Shown here piece after piece: positions 17,684 to 28,602 of a stretch of DNA of 60,760 bases (within the stretch, counting starts at the first letter, position 1; every line of letters begins with the position of its first letter). Below the pieces are notes generated by a model. The model saw nothing but the letters and a program-made list of their open reading frames with translations. It did no database searches and was not told where the DNA came from. The translations under genes were made by a program, and so were the position numbers. Source of the stretch: Clostridia bacterium. Lineage in GTDB: Bacteria; Bacillota; Clostridia; Christensenellales; CAG-138. The stretch is from assembly GCA_017539215.1 (NCBI GenBank), contig JAFYHI010000032.1, positions 1 to 60,760 on the forward strand, given 5' to 3'.

Positions 17684-19466
17684 GCACGGCCTTTATCCTG
17701 CGCACGCCGGAGGAGGAGGCCTCTTCCTTCTTTATTTTGAAAGTGCCCAGCTCGCCGGTGCGGTTTGCATGCGGGCCCCCGCACATCTCGCAGGAATACT
17801 TGCCCATGGTGTACACCTTGACCAGTTCGCCGTATTTCTTCTCAAACACACCTATCGCGCCCCTCGCCTTGGCCTCGGGCACGGTCATTTCCTCACAGGT
17901 TATCTCAACGTCGGCCTGTATCGCGTCGTTCACGTACTTTTCGACCTCGCGGAGCTCCTCGGGAGTGACCTTCCTGGGGAAGGAGAAGTCAAAGCGGAGC
18001 CTCTCCGCGGTTATGTTGGAGCCGCGCTGGAATATGTTGTCGTCGTTCAGCACCTTCCTCAGGCCTGCCTGCAGCAGATGCGTTGCGGAGTGGAGGCGGG
18101 TCGTCGCTTCGGAATGGTCGGCAAGACCGCCCTTGAACTTCTGCTCGGCGCCGGCCCTTGATTTGGCCTGATGCTCGGCAAACGCCGCCTTGTAGCCCTC
18201 TATGTCTACCGTCAGGCCGTTTTCCTTTGCAAGCTCCTGCGTAAACTCCACGGGGAAGCCGAACGTGTCGAACAGGTGAAATGCCGTTACGCCGTCTATC
18301 ACACCGTTTGCAAAGGTGTTCTTCACGCGCTCGAACTCCTTCGTGCCCTGCTTTAAGGTCTTCTGGAACTTGCCCTCCTCGGCGTCAAGCTCCGCCACGA
18401 TGCGGGCGCGGTTCTCGCAAAGCTCGGGATAAACCCCGCCGTAGGTATCTATCACGGCCTCCGCCACGCGTGAGATGCTCATCTCGGGCATGCCGAGCTG
18501 CATTGCGTAGCGGATCGCGCGGCGGATGATGCGGCGCAGTATGTAGCCCTGGTCCACGTTCGAGGGGGTGACGCCCCGCTGGTCGCCCAGCATGAATGAG
18601 GCCGTCCTCATATGGTCGGCGATTATGCGGAACGCGCGCGTCACCTCGCCGCCGTCGCGGTAGTTTTTGCCCGAAAGCTCCGATATCCTTTGAAGTATGC
18701 CGGTAAACGCGTCGGTGTCGTAAACGCTGGGCACGCCCTGCAGAGTGGCGACCGTGCGCTCAAGGCCCATGCCGGTATCGACGTTCTTCTGAGCAAGCGG
18801 CTCGTATTTGCCGTCGGCGGTCTTGTTGTACTGCATGAATACGTCGTTCCAGATCTCAAGGTACTTGCCGCAGTCGCAGCCGGGGAAGCAGTCCTTGCCG
18901 CAGGGCTCCTTGCCGGTGTCTATGAACATTTCGGTATCGGGGCCGCAGGGGCCGGTCTGTCCGGCGGGGCCCCACCAGTTATGCTTGCGTCCGAGATAGA
19001 ATATGTGCGAGGGGTCCGCGCCCATCTCCACCCAGCGGTCGTGCGCCTCGGTGTCGCGGGGCAGCCCGTCCTCGCCGGCAAAACAGGTAAAGTACAGCTT
19101 ATCCTTGTCAATGCCGAGCCATTCCTCGCCCGTCAGAAATTCCCAGCTCCATTCTATCGCCTCACGCTTGAAATAATCGCCCAGGCTCCAGTTGCCGAGC
19201 ATTTCAAAGAAGGTGCAGTGGCTGGCGTCGCCCACCTCGTCGATGTCGCCGGTGCGCACGCATTTCTGCACGTCTGCAAGGCGGCTGCCCGCAGGGTGCT
19301 TCGCGCCCAAAAGGTAAGGAACGAGCGGATGCATGCCCGCCATGGTAAACAGGGCGGTCGGGTCGTTCTCGGGCACGAGCGAGGCAGAGGATATAATGGC
19401 GTGGCCCTTCCCGGCAAAGAAGCGCAGGTAAAGCTCGCGCAGTTCGGCAGTGGTCAGATTCTTCAT
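17676..19466 (-). CDS. alaS: Alanyl-tRNA synthetase, short form lacking the C-Ala domain
   Basis: LFTMAGM, HCTFFEMLGNWS, GPCGPDTE, VDTGMGLER, editing HSATH and CGGPH; ends at GVRRIKAVLE (596 aa). Confidence 0.95.
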   Translation of the reverse strand: MKNLTTAELRELYLRFFAGKGHAIISSASLVPENDPTALFTMAGMHPLVPYLLGAKHPAGSRLADVQKCVRTGDIDEVGDASHCTFFEMLGNWSLGDYFKREAIEWSWEFLTGEEWLGIDKDKLYFTCFAGEDGLPRDTEAHDRWVEMGADPSHIFYLGRKHNWWGPAGQTGPCGPDTEMFIDTGKEPCGKDCFPGCDCGKYLEIWNDVFMQYNKTADGKYEPLAQKNVDTGMGLERTVATLQGVPSVYDTDAFTGILQRISELSGKNYRDGGEVTRAFRIIADHMRTASFMLGDQRGVTPSNVDQGYILRRIIRRAIRYAMQLGMPEMSISRVAEAVIDTYGGVYPELCENRARIVAELDAEEGKFQKTLKQGTKEFERVKNTFANGVIDGVTAFHLFDTFGFPVEFTQELAKENGLTVDIEGYKAAFAEHQAKSRAGAEQKFKGGLADHSEATTRLHSATHLLQAGLRKVLNDDNIFQRGSNITAERLRFDFSFPRKVTPEELREVEKYVNDAIQADVEITCEEMTVPEAKARGAIGVFEKKYGELVKVYTMGKYSCEMCGGPHANRTGELGTFKIKKEEASSSGVRRIKAVLE

Positions 19467-19700
19467 ATAATAAGGACGTCCTTTCCTTAAGGGGCGGTAC
19501 CCCTTTGCATATTAAATCAACCTATATTATACCTCATACAGGGGGGCTTGTCAAACCCCCGTAAGGGCCTTGAAGACGCCGCGCACGGCGTAAAACCCAC
19601 AGGGACGGAAGGAGCTTTGTTTTTGAGTTTAACGTATGGACAAAGCCCGCGGCAGATGTTATAATCGGATGAACAGCAATCCCATTAGGAGGTATTTATT

Positions 19701-20033
19701 ATGGCAAGAGGCGGTTTTCCCGGCATGGGCGGCAATATGCAGCAGATGATGATGCGCGCGCAGAAGATGCAGCAGGATATCCAGCGCGTACAGGAGGAGG
19801 TCGGCTCGCGCGAGCTTGAGTACAGCGCGGGCGGCGGCGCCGTAAAGGTCACGATCTACGGCCGTAAGGAGATAAAGTCCGTCGAGATACAGCCCGAAGT
19901 GGTGGATCCCGACGATATCGAAATGCTGCAGGATCTTATCGTTGCCGCGGTAAACGGCGCGGTGGCGCTTGCCGAAGAAACGATGAACGCCGAGATGAGC
20001 AAGGTCATCGGCGGTATGAATCTGCCGTTCTGA
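19701..20033 (+). CDS. ybaB: YbaB/EbfC nucleoid-associated protein
   Basis: AQKMQ, SAGGGAVKV, DPDDIEMLQDLIVAAVN; coupled to recR. Confidence 0.93.
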   Translation: MARGGFPGMGGNMQQMMMRAQKMQQDIQRVQEEVGSRELEYSAGGGAVKVTIYGRKEIKSVEIQPEVVDPDDIEMLQDLIVAAVNGAVALAEETMNAEMSKVIGGMNLPF

Positions 20034-20626
20034 TGAGCACCCGTTCCATCGACAACCTGACCGCGCGACTCAACCGTCTGCCGGGCATCGGAATAAAGAC
20101 GGCGCAAAGGCTTGCGTACCATATACTCGACCTTGACCCGGACGAAGTGCGGGGCTTGGCCGAGGCGCTGACCGACGCAAAAAGCCGCGTGCATTACTGC
20201 CCCGTCTGCGGCAATTACACCGAGGACGAGCTTTGCTCGGTCTGCTCCGACCCAAAGCGCGACCGTTCGCTCATCTGCGTGGTGCGCGACGCGCGCGACG
20301 TTTCGTTTATGGAGCGCATGCGTGAGTTTCGCGGGCTTTATCACGTTCTGGGCGGAACGCTTTCGCCAATGGACGGCGTCGGCCCGGACGACATACGCAT
20401 CTCCGAGCTTTTGGAAAGGGTCAGGGGCGGCGAGGTCAAAGAGGTGGTCCTTGCCACCAACCCCGACGTTGAGGGCGAGGCGACGGCCGCCTATATCGCG
20501 GGCAAATTAAAGCCCATGGGCATACGCACCACGCGCATAGCGCACGGCATACCCATAGGCGGCAACCTTGAGTTCGTGGACGAGATAACGCTGTTCAAGG
20601 CCATGGAGAACCGCAGAGAGGTATAA
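20033..20626 (+). CDS. recR: Recombination mediator RecR
   Basis: LPGIGIKTAQRLA, C4 zinc finger, YHVLGG, ATNPDVEGEATA. Confidence 0.97.
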   Translation: MSTRSIDNLTARLNRLPGIGIKTAQRLAYHILDLDPDEVRGLAEALTDAKSRVHYCPVCGNYTEDELCSVCSDPKRDRSLICVVRDARDVSFMERMREFRGLYHVLGGTLSPMDGVGPDDIRISELLERVRGGEVKEVVLATNPDVEGEATAAYIAGKLKPMGIRTTRIAHGIPIGGNLEFVDEITLFKAMENRREV

Positions 20627-20659
20627 GGCTCTTCGCCCGATACGGCATTGTTAAAAGTA

Positions 20660-20690
20660 AAAAGCCCGGCGCTTTCCGCACCGGGCTTTT
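20660..20690. terminator. Bidirectional terminator
   Basis: aaaagcccgg/ccgggctttt hairpin between convergent genes. Confidence 0.8.
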
Positions 20691-20697
20691 GTGTGCA

Positions 20698-21852
20698 TCA
20701 GCCTTCGCTTTGCCAAACGATCCCCGCTTCGCCGGTCGCCGTGTCAAAGCGCAGGATGAAGCTTAAAGGCTTATCAAACGAGAACGAGATAAAGCTATAG
20801 TAAAACGCGCCCCCGTCACAGCCGATATAGCTCCTTCCGTAAAGGGCTTCCGGCATCCGGGGAAGGGGAAAGCTCCCCGCAAACAGCGTTTCGCCCGAGT
20901 CCGAAACGATCTCCCATTCGCTGCGCGTTATCCAATGCATCCCGCAGCCGACGCCCGCGTCAAGGCGGCCTTCGCCGTCGTCAAGCCTTGTTTCGCCTGT
21001 TTCGGGGCAATAGTACAGCGGCCTGCTTCCGCCCAGAACCACCCGGTCTTCGTCCGTAAAAATATAGGAGAAATCATATTCGTTAACACCGTGCAGCAGC
21101 TCTTCGGCCTTGCCGGAGGCCGGATCGTAAACGAACAGCCTGTAACCGAGCGTGGGTTCTTCGTCATCTTCTTCGGCATAGGCGGAGAGCCTTTCGCACT
21201 CGGCAAAGTACAGCTTATCGCCCCGAAACCTGCCGAACACCGCGCCTGCGGGCAGCGTTGAGGAATAGATCGGTTCGGCGCTGCCTCCGCCGAGCGGCTG
21301 ACGGAACACCGCACAGTCGAAAACCGAGGTGCCGTTTTCAACGCGTTCCGCGCTGCCGCAGAAGTATGCGTACCCGTCGTGTATGCAAAGCGTTCCGTAT
21401 CCGCAGACCTTTGCGTAAAGCGCCGCGTCAGGCTCCGCTTCGGTCCTGCGGTCGCTTCCGTCAATTTCAGCCGAATACAGAGTGCAGCGCGTCCCGGCCG
21501 ACTCTATCCAATAAAGCCTGCCGCTGTCATAGGTCAGACAGATATCGCCCGTCCCGCCGACGAACGCGTTGCAGGAGGCGCTGTCGTGCGTGCACTCTGG
21601 CTTGCCGCAAAGCGGCATTGCCGCTCCGCCGGAGGCTTCGGCAGTCCACAGCCTGCGCCCGCCCGGCCCGTATTGGTCGAGAAAGATCATATCCCCGCCG
21701 ATCTTCACGCAGTCCGAGCAGAAGTTTACAAAGTATGGGTCGGCTTCTTCCGCCGAAACCGGCCCGCCTTGCGCGCCGCCGCAGCCGCAAATAAGCAAAG
21801 CGGCAAGGATCGCAAAGCAAACAAGTCCGCAGGTTAAAGTACCGGTTTTCAT
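20698..21852 (-). CDS. Putative lipoprotein, beta-propeller-like
   Basis: Signal peptide with LICGC; PLCGKPECTHDSASCNAF motif; start codon uncertain. Confidence 0.6.
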   Translation of the reverse strand: MKTGTLTCGLVCFAILAALLICGCGGAQGGPVSAEEADPYFVNFCSDCVKIGGDMIFLDQYGPGGRRLWTAEASGGAAMPLCGKPECTHDSASCNAFVGGTGDICLTYDSGRLYWIESAGTRCTLYSAEIDGSDRRTEAEPDAALYAKVCGYGTLCIHDGYAYFCGSAERVENGTSVFDCAVFRQPLGGGSAEPIYSSTLPAGAVFGRFRGDKLYFAECERLSAYAEEDDEEPTLGYRLFVYDPASGKAEELLHGVNEYDFSYIFTDEDRVVLGGSRPLYYCPETGETRLDDGEGRLDAGVGCGMHWITRSEWEIVSDSGETLFAGSFPLPRMPEALYGRSYIGCDGGAFYYSFISFSFDKPLSFILRFDTATGEAGIVWQSEG

Positions 21853-22153
21853 AGAGTCAATGAACCTCAGTTGTATAGTCCTCAAATTTTGTTATGCGCT
21901 GATATAGGTTTCGGATTCCATACGTCCAATACAGGCTTACGTTCATCAAAAAATGCGAACCGCTGTCTGAAAAGAGTATAGCATAATGATAAAACTTGCG
22001 CAACAGTCTTTTTCAAAAAAATTAAAATATATTTATTCGCCTTCCGCGGCATATTGAAAAAAGACCTTGTACGGCAATATTGCCGCAGATATGAGAGAAA
22101 GCGCGGTATTTGCGAACGGCCGGATGGATTTTACAATACCGGCGGAAATAAAA

Positions 22154-22181
22154 GCAGGAAGAGGTCCTGACCTCTTCCTGC
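22154..22181 (-). terminator. Terminator after the LRR-dockerin gene
   Basis: gcaggaagaggt/acctcttcctgc stem with T-tract on the minus strand. Confidence 0.7.
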
Positions 22182-22254
22182 GGAAATCATTTTGCGGGCG
22201 CCCCGAACGGGGTCCGCATCACGGCGGGGTTTTGCAAAACGCGCTCACCGCGCC

Positions 22255-24189
22255 TCAGTTGTTGAATATCGCCTGAGCAAGAACGGTGGCGTCGGTGGCG
22301 TCCACAACGCCGTCGCCGTTAACGTCGGCGTTTACCATGGCGTGCTCGTCCAGAGTGCCCGCGTTGATTATGTAGGCAAACAGCACGCTGACGTCGGAGG
22401 CGGTAAGAACGCCGTCGCAGTTGGCGTCGCCCGCAAGGGGAGCGGGGTAGTCGGGAACGTAAGTAAACGTGTTGCCGCCCACGTCAAGCGGCTTGACCTC
22501 TGCCCATTCGGGGTAGATATTGGGGTAGTGGACCTCAAGATTCTTGTTGGTGCCGTTGAAAGCGTAGGTGTTTATCTGCTTTGCGGTGGGGCAGGGGCAG
22601 TGGAATATGAGCCTTTCAAGCGCCGTGGTGTTGTTGAAAGCACCGGAATAGATCGCATAATTGGGAGCCTGGGTGATGTCGCCCATTACCTCAACGGTCT
22701 TAAGGGCGGTGCAGCCCGTGAACAGCTGGCCCTGTATCTCGGTAATGCCGGCGGGCAGCACCATGGAGGTCAGACTCTTGCACTGTGCAAACGCGCTGCC
22801 GCCCAGCGACTCAAGCCCTTCGGGCAGGGTGAGAGCGACAAGACCGGAACCGTAGAACGCGCTTGAGCCGATCGCCGTCACGCCTTCGGGCAGGGTGAGC
22901 GCGGTGAGCTGAGAACAGCCATAGAACGCGCCGGAGCCGATGGAGGTGACACCGGAGGGTATCTCGACGCTTTCAAGCGCAGCACAGCTGTAGAAGGTGT
23001 TATCGGGTATAGAGGTAAGTGCGGCAGGGAGCGCGACGGTCTGCAGAGAGGAGCAGGCATTGAACACGCCGCTCTGAAGGTCGGTAACGCCGCTTCCGAG
23101 GGTGACGTTTGTCAGCGAAGTGCAGTAGTAGAAGCAGTTCTGCGGGAGCGTGCCGACGTTGGCGTTGATAGTGGCCGAAACGAGGTTCTCGCAGTTTGCA
23201 AAGGGCGCAGCCTCCATGACCGTAACGGATTCGGGAACGGTTATCTCGGTAATTCCGCAGGAGGTGAACGCGCCGGTGCGTATGGTGCTTACGGTGTTCA
23301 GATCGACAGCGGAAACGGAGTAACAGTTATAGAAGGCGGAATCGGCTATTTCTTCACAGCCGTCGGCGATCTCAACAGCGCCCTGCTTTGCCGGCGGGCA
23401 GGACAGAAGCACGGTGCCGTCGGCATTGTAAAGCACGCCGTCCTCGGCCCGGAAAGAGGTGCTGCCTTCCGCAACGTAATATGCGGCAAGAGAGTTTGCA
23501 CCGTCGAATGCGCGTACGCCCAGCGTTTTCAGCGAGGCGGGCAGGGTTATCTCGGAAACGTCAATGGCGCCGAACGCCTGACCGGCGATGTTCTCTATGC
23601 CCTCCTCAAGGGTGAGGGACGTGAGCGACGTCCAGCCGGCGAAGGCGTTTATGGGTATGTTTTTTACGCTGCCGGGAACGGTAAGCTCGGTCGCGCTCTG
23701 CCAGTTGCCGAAGGAGTTGCTTTCAACGGTCTCAAGCGAGGCGGGAAGGGCTGCGCCGGGGAAGGCGGTCCAGTAGTTGCAGGCGCTGTTCAGCACCGCG
23801 GTAATCCCGCTGGGGAAATTGCATGAGGTGACAAGGCGGCACTGGTTGAAGCAGCCCTTGTTGAGCGAGGTCATGGTGGAGGGGAGGGTTATGCTCGCAA
23901 GCTTGCTCTGATTCGAGAAGGCATACGCGCCGACGGTTGTGATGCCCTCGCCTATAACGACGGTCTCAAGCTCGTTCCTGAACTTATAGAAGGGGGACTT
24001 GGAAGCATATGCATAGTCTTCCATGGGGCCGGACCCGGTCAGGGTCAGGGTCTTGCTTGCAGAGACGTACTCCCATGTGATGCTGTCGCCGATCACGCCG
24101 GATTCGTCATCAAGCGCCATGGCGGGCGCCGTGCACAGGATCAGCGAGGCAAGCAGCAGGAAACTCACAAATCTGATAAGTCTTTTCAT
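22255..24189 (-). CDS. Secreted BspA-type leucine-rich repeat protein with C-terminal dockerin
   Basis: Signal peptide; many LxxxxLPxxVTxIGxxAFxGC repeats; GDANCDGVLTASD...ADVNGDGVVDATD dockerin pair. Confidence 0.9.
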   Translation of the reverse strand: MKRLIRFVSFLLLASLILCTAPAMALDDESGVIGDSITWEYVSASKTLTLTGSGPMEDYAYASKSPFYKFRNELETVVIGEGITTVGAYAFSNQSKLASITLPSTMTSLNKGCFNQCRLVTSCNFPSGITAVLNSACNYWTAFPGAALPASLETVESNSFGNWQSATELTVPGSVKNIPINAFAGWTSLTSLTLEEGIENIAGQAFGAIDVSEITLPASLKTLGVRAFDGANSLAAYYVAEGSTSFRAEDGVLYNADGTVLLSCPPAKQGAVEIADGCEEIADSAFYNCYSVSAVDLNTVSTIRTGAFTSCGITEITVPESVTVMEAAPFANCENLVSATINANVGTLPQNCFYYCTSLTNVTLGSGVTDLQSGVFNACSSLQTVALPAALTSIPDNTFYSCAALESVEIPSGVTSIGSGAFYGCSQLTALTLPEGVTAIGSSAFYGSGLVALTLPEGLESLGGSAFAQCKSLTSMVLPAGITEIQGQLFTGCTALKTVEVMGDITQAPNYAIYSGAFNNTTALERLIFHCPCPTAKQINTYAFNGTNKNLEVHYPNIYPEWAEVKPLDVGGNTFTYVPDYPAPLAGDANCDGVLTASDVSVLFAYIINAGTLDEHAMVNADVNGDGVVDATDATVLAQAIFNN

Positions 24190-24301
24190 ATCAATATCTC
24201 CTTTGTGCCCTTGGGCAGTTTTCCACCCGCTAATATATCAGCTGCGGAAGCTTTTGTCAATATTTTTTGCGGTGCATGCCGGGGCATATCGCGCGTTTAT
24301 G

Positions 24302-25057
24302 TTATTTTTTTACAGACAGCATCGCAAGCATCGTCGGAACGTTCAGCTCGTGCAGGCGGCCGGAGCCGTTGGTATCCTCGTAAAGGTCCAACAGCGTGAA
24401 ACCGGCCCTGAGCTGCCCGGTAATCTGCTCCTCAAGCGTGTGCGAAAACTGCACTCCGCAGTCGTTTTTTATAAGCTGCGCCATCTGTTCGGGGTCTGCA
24501 AGCGGGTCGAAGGGCAGGCGGTTTATTATCCGCTCCTCATCGTCGTCCACAAGATAATTGACGAAATGGTCCGTACCCGATAAAAGCCTTCCGCCGGGCT
24601 TTAAGACCCTTGCGCACTCGCGCCAAACGTGGAGCACGTCCTTTATGTAGCAGTTGGATACCGGGTGGAATATAAGGTCGAACTCCCCGTCCTCAAACGG
24701 GAAGCGCTTTGTCATATCGCCCCGCACGGTGCGTATGGAGTACCCCTCGCGCCGCGCGGCCGCGACCTCCGAATCAAGCTGCCTTTGTGAATAGTCCATC
24801 ACGGTGCATTCCGCGCCGAGCGCGGCGAATACGGGCATCTGCTGGCCCCCGCCCGAGGCAAGGCCGAGCAGCCTTTTGCCGCGAAGCCCGCCGAACCATT
24901 CGTGCGGCACGGGCCGCGTCGGGGTCAAAAGCACGTCCCAAACGCCGTTTTTTGCGTTTTCAAACGTGCTGTGGTCTATGGGCACGCCCCATTCCCAGCC
25001 TTCTTCCACCCAGCGGTCTATCGTTTCGGCGTTTGTGTCGGTATAGCTTTTTTCCAT
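24302..25057 (-). CDS. Class I SAM-dependent methyltransferase
   Basis: LLGLASGGGQQ, DYSQRQL, GDM, FDLIFHPVSNCY, RVLKPGG. Confidence 0.85.
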   Translation of the reverse strand: MEKSYTDTNAETIDRWVEEGWEWGVPIDHSTFENAKNGVWDVLLTPTRPVPHEWFGGLRGKRLLGLASGGGQQMPVFAALGAECTVMDYSQRQLDSEVAAARREGYSIRTVRGDMTKRFPFEDGEFDLIFHPVSNCYIKDVLHVWRECARVLKPGGRLLSGTDHFVNYLVDDDEERIINRLPFDPLADPEQMAQLIKNDCGVQFSHTLEEQITGQLRAGFTLLDLYEDTNGSGRLHELNVPTMLAMLSVKK

Positions 25058-25077
25058 GTATCCTCCCCGGTGCTTTT

Positions 25078-25902
25078 TCAGCGCCGTTTGAGCCTGCCCG
25101 TCAGCAGCGCGCGAAGACACAGCGCCTGCAGCCCCATTGGCAGGGCCGAAAACAGCCTGAGCTTTAGCGAATTGTTCATAAAATATCTGAAGCGCGGATG
25201 CTTCTTTTGCGCTATACGCACTATTTTTGCGGCAAGCTCCCGGGCCGGCTTTGCACCGCCCGTTTCCGAAAGCATTATGCTCCTGAACCTGCCCGTCACG
25301 TCCCTGAACAGCCGCGTCTTTTCGCGCATGCGCTCCATCGCGTCAAGCGAAGCGCGCGTCATGCCCCCGCCGTACGCGCCGGGGTACAGCGTTATGACCC
25401 GTACCCCCACAAGGTCAAGCTCCAGGGCAAGCGAGTGCGCGTATGCGTCCAGCGCCCTTTTCGATACGGAGTACAGCCCGTTGAAGGGCAGGGGGTCGAG
25501 TACGGCAAGCTCGCTTGCGGTAATGATCACCCTGCCGCCGCGCCGCATAATAAGCGGCAGCATAACGCGGTCAAGGCGCATCACGCCCAAAAGGTTCACG
25601 TTTATCATGCGCTCCGGCAGCTCCTGCCCGCACTCCGAAAAGGCGTCCATCGTAAAGACCCCGGCCATGTGCAAAAGCAGGTCGAGCCCGCCCGCCTCGC
25701 GCTCTATCCTGTCGAAGAGCCGGAGCGCGCTCTGCTCGTCCGTCACGTCAAGGCGGCAGGATGCGGCGCCGGCTATGTCTGCGCCGTCGAGGTCGGCGGC
25801 GTAAACGCAGTAGCCGCAGTCGGCAAGCGCACGGCATGCTGCCGACCCAAGCGAGCCGGCCGCGCCGGTCACGAGCGCTGTTTTCCGCTGTTTTTCCATC
25901 AT
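25078..25902 (-). CDS. SDR family oxidoreductase
   Basis: TALVTGAAGSLG, LDVTD, NVNLLG, YSVSK. Confidence 0.85.
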   Translation of the reverse strand: MMEKQRKTALVTGAAGSLGSAACRALADCGYCVYAADLDGADIAGAASCRLDVTDEQSALRLFDRIEREAGGLDLLLHMAGVFTMDAFSECGQELPERMINVNLLGVMRLDRVMLPLIMRRGGRVIITASELAVLDPLPFNGLYSVSKRALDAYAHSLALELDLVGVRVITLYPGAYGGGMTRASLDAMERMREKTRLFRDVTGRFRSIMLSETGGAKPARELAAKIVRIAQKKHPRFRYFMNNSLKLRLFSALPMGLQALCLRALLTGRLKRR

Positions 25903-25945
25903 AAGCTTAAAAAAAGCCCGCGGGGAGGCCCCGCAGGCGTTCGAA

Positions 25946-27112
<1,167 letters not shown>

Positions 27113-27181
27113 ATCTATTTGCTCCCTTCGGTAATGTACAAACAAAAAAGCACTCGTTTGAGTGCCGCATAAAAAACCGCA

Positions 27182-27299
27182 CTCATCTTTACGGAGCGTT
27201 CGCTCCGTCGGAATTGGCACCTTGTCCGCATACCGCACGGGCGGTGCGGACAGGTTGCCGTGGCGTCAATGGGCCGTTCCCTCAGCCACTCTCGATAAG
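27182..27299 (-). ncRNA. SAM-I (S-box) riboswitch
   Basis: Minus strand CTTATCGAGAGTGGCTGAGGGAACGGCCC..TGACGCCACGGCAACC...GGTGCCAATTCC...AAAGATGAG, then a gcactc/gagtgc-U6 terminator, upstream of metK. Confidence 0.95.
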
Positions 27300-27433
27300 G
27301 CTATTCTGTTGAAGCTAATATAGCACGGTTTTCCCCCGTTTGCAATAGGGACTGCGGGTATATTTTTGCGCGAAACCATGCCCGTTTCAATTATGCTCTT
27401 GACTTTGCGTCCCCTTCGGTGTATAAACGGAGT

Positions 27434-27973
27434 ATGAGTGTTTTTGCCCGATTAATAAAACAGAAGCCCATAGTCCCGCTTGCCGCCGCGCTCGTTTTTT
27501 CGATGCTTGCGTTCGGGGGCTGCACGCGCCATAAGCATATAGTTGTGGAGTCCGGCAGGGCGGAGGATTATTACTGCTCCTTTTACGAGGACGGCACGGT
27601 CGAGATAACGTCGTACACCGGCTCTGCCGAGGAGCTTAAGCTTCCCAACCGCATAGGCGAGTATGACGTTGTCGGCTTCGGGGTGAAGGCGTTCGACGGG
27701 TGCGTCGGCCTTAAGCGCGTGTACATTCCGCCCACCGTTACAAGCCTGCCTTCAAAGCTCTTCAACGCCTGCCCGGACCTTGAGGCGGTGTATTTCTCCG
27801 AGTCGGTCAAAACCGTGGGCAAAAACGCCGTGTTCGAATGCCCGTCGTTCAAAACCGTGCTTTTCGGGGGCAGCGCCGAGGAATGGGACGGCGTGTTCAT
27901 AGGCACGGTCCCGTGGACGGATAATTACGAGATCGTCAATTCCGAGATAGTTTTCGATTATGTTTTGAACTGA
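27434..27973 (+). CDS. Small LRR_5 lipoprotein
   Basis: Lipobox FGGC; ITSYTGS..LKLP..IG..AFDGC repeats. Confidence 0.7.
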   Translation: MSVFARLIKQKPIVPLAAALVFSMLAFGGCTRHKHIVVESGRAEDYYCSFYEDGTVEITSYTGSAEELKLPNRIGEYDVVGFGVKAFDGCVGLKRVYIPPTVTSLPSKLFNACPDLEAVYFSESVKTVGKNAVFECPSFKTVLFGGSAEEWDGVFIGTVPWTDNYEIVNSEIVFDYVLN

Positions 27974-28016
27974 AACAAAGCGGGCCGCCCGGCCCGCTTT
28001 TAACATGCCTTTTGCC

Positions 28017-28562
28017 CTACCTTCTGGGCAGCAGCCTGCTCCTCAGCGACGAATCGAACAGATATGTGAACAGCCTGTAAAGCAGTATATACGCCAGGAA
28101 CGCGCCCTCCAGCACCGCGATCACCGCCCACACGGGCGCCCACGGTATAAGGGTGTGCGGGTCGTAATCCAGTACGAACTGCATGAACGCCACGCCGCAC
28201 GCGGTCTTGAAGTTGAAAATGAGAAGGCGTATCAGAACGCTCAGCGCCCTGTCGTCCATCGCGCGGCGCAGCCTGTACCTGAGCGGCCCGTAAGAGCCGA
28301 ACATGAATATGTACAGATATGTATAAGGGCTCCTGCGCGAGATGAGCAGCGCCAGCCCCGATACCAGCCCGAATTCAAGCAGGGCGAACAGCATTCCGTG
28401 CTCCTCGCGGATGGGCACCCAGGTCATAAGCGAGGCAAAAAACAGCAGCGCCGCCGAAAGCGGCACAAAGCTCGTCACGCCCGCGGCAAAAAGGCACAGC
28501 AGCGAGACCGCTGTGCTCATGCCGAAACCGGCCAGCATCATGCCCGGAGGGAGTCTTTTCAT
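28017..28562 (-). CDS. Hypothetical membrane protein
   Basis: Five to six hydrophobic segments; co-oriented downstream of the J-domain gene. Confidence 0.65.
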   Translation of the reverse strand: MKRLPPGMMLAGFGMSTAVSLLCLFAAGVTSFVPLSAALLFFASLMTWVPIREEHGMLFALLEFGLVSGLALLISRRSPYTYLYIFMFGSYGPLRYRLRRAMDDRALSVLIRLLIFNFKTACGVAFMQFVLDYDPHTLIPWAPVWAVIAVLEGAFLAYILLYRLFTYLFDSSLRSRLLPRR

Positions 28563-28602
28563 AAAGTCACCTTCAACTGCGCCTTTGCGTCGAGCGGGGC
28601 GC

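Noticed and set aside
19467-19700. T-box or SRP RNA between alaS and ybaB
   Set aside because: No T-box or SRP consensus; the region is explained by divergent promoters
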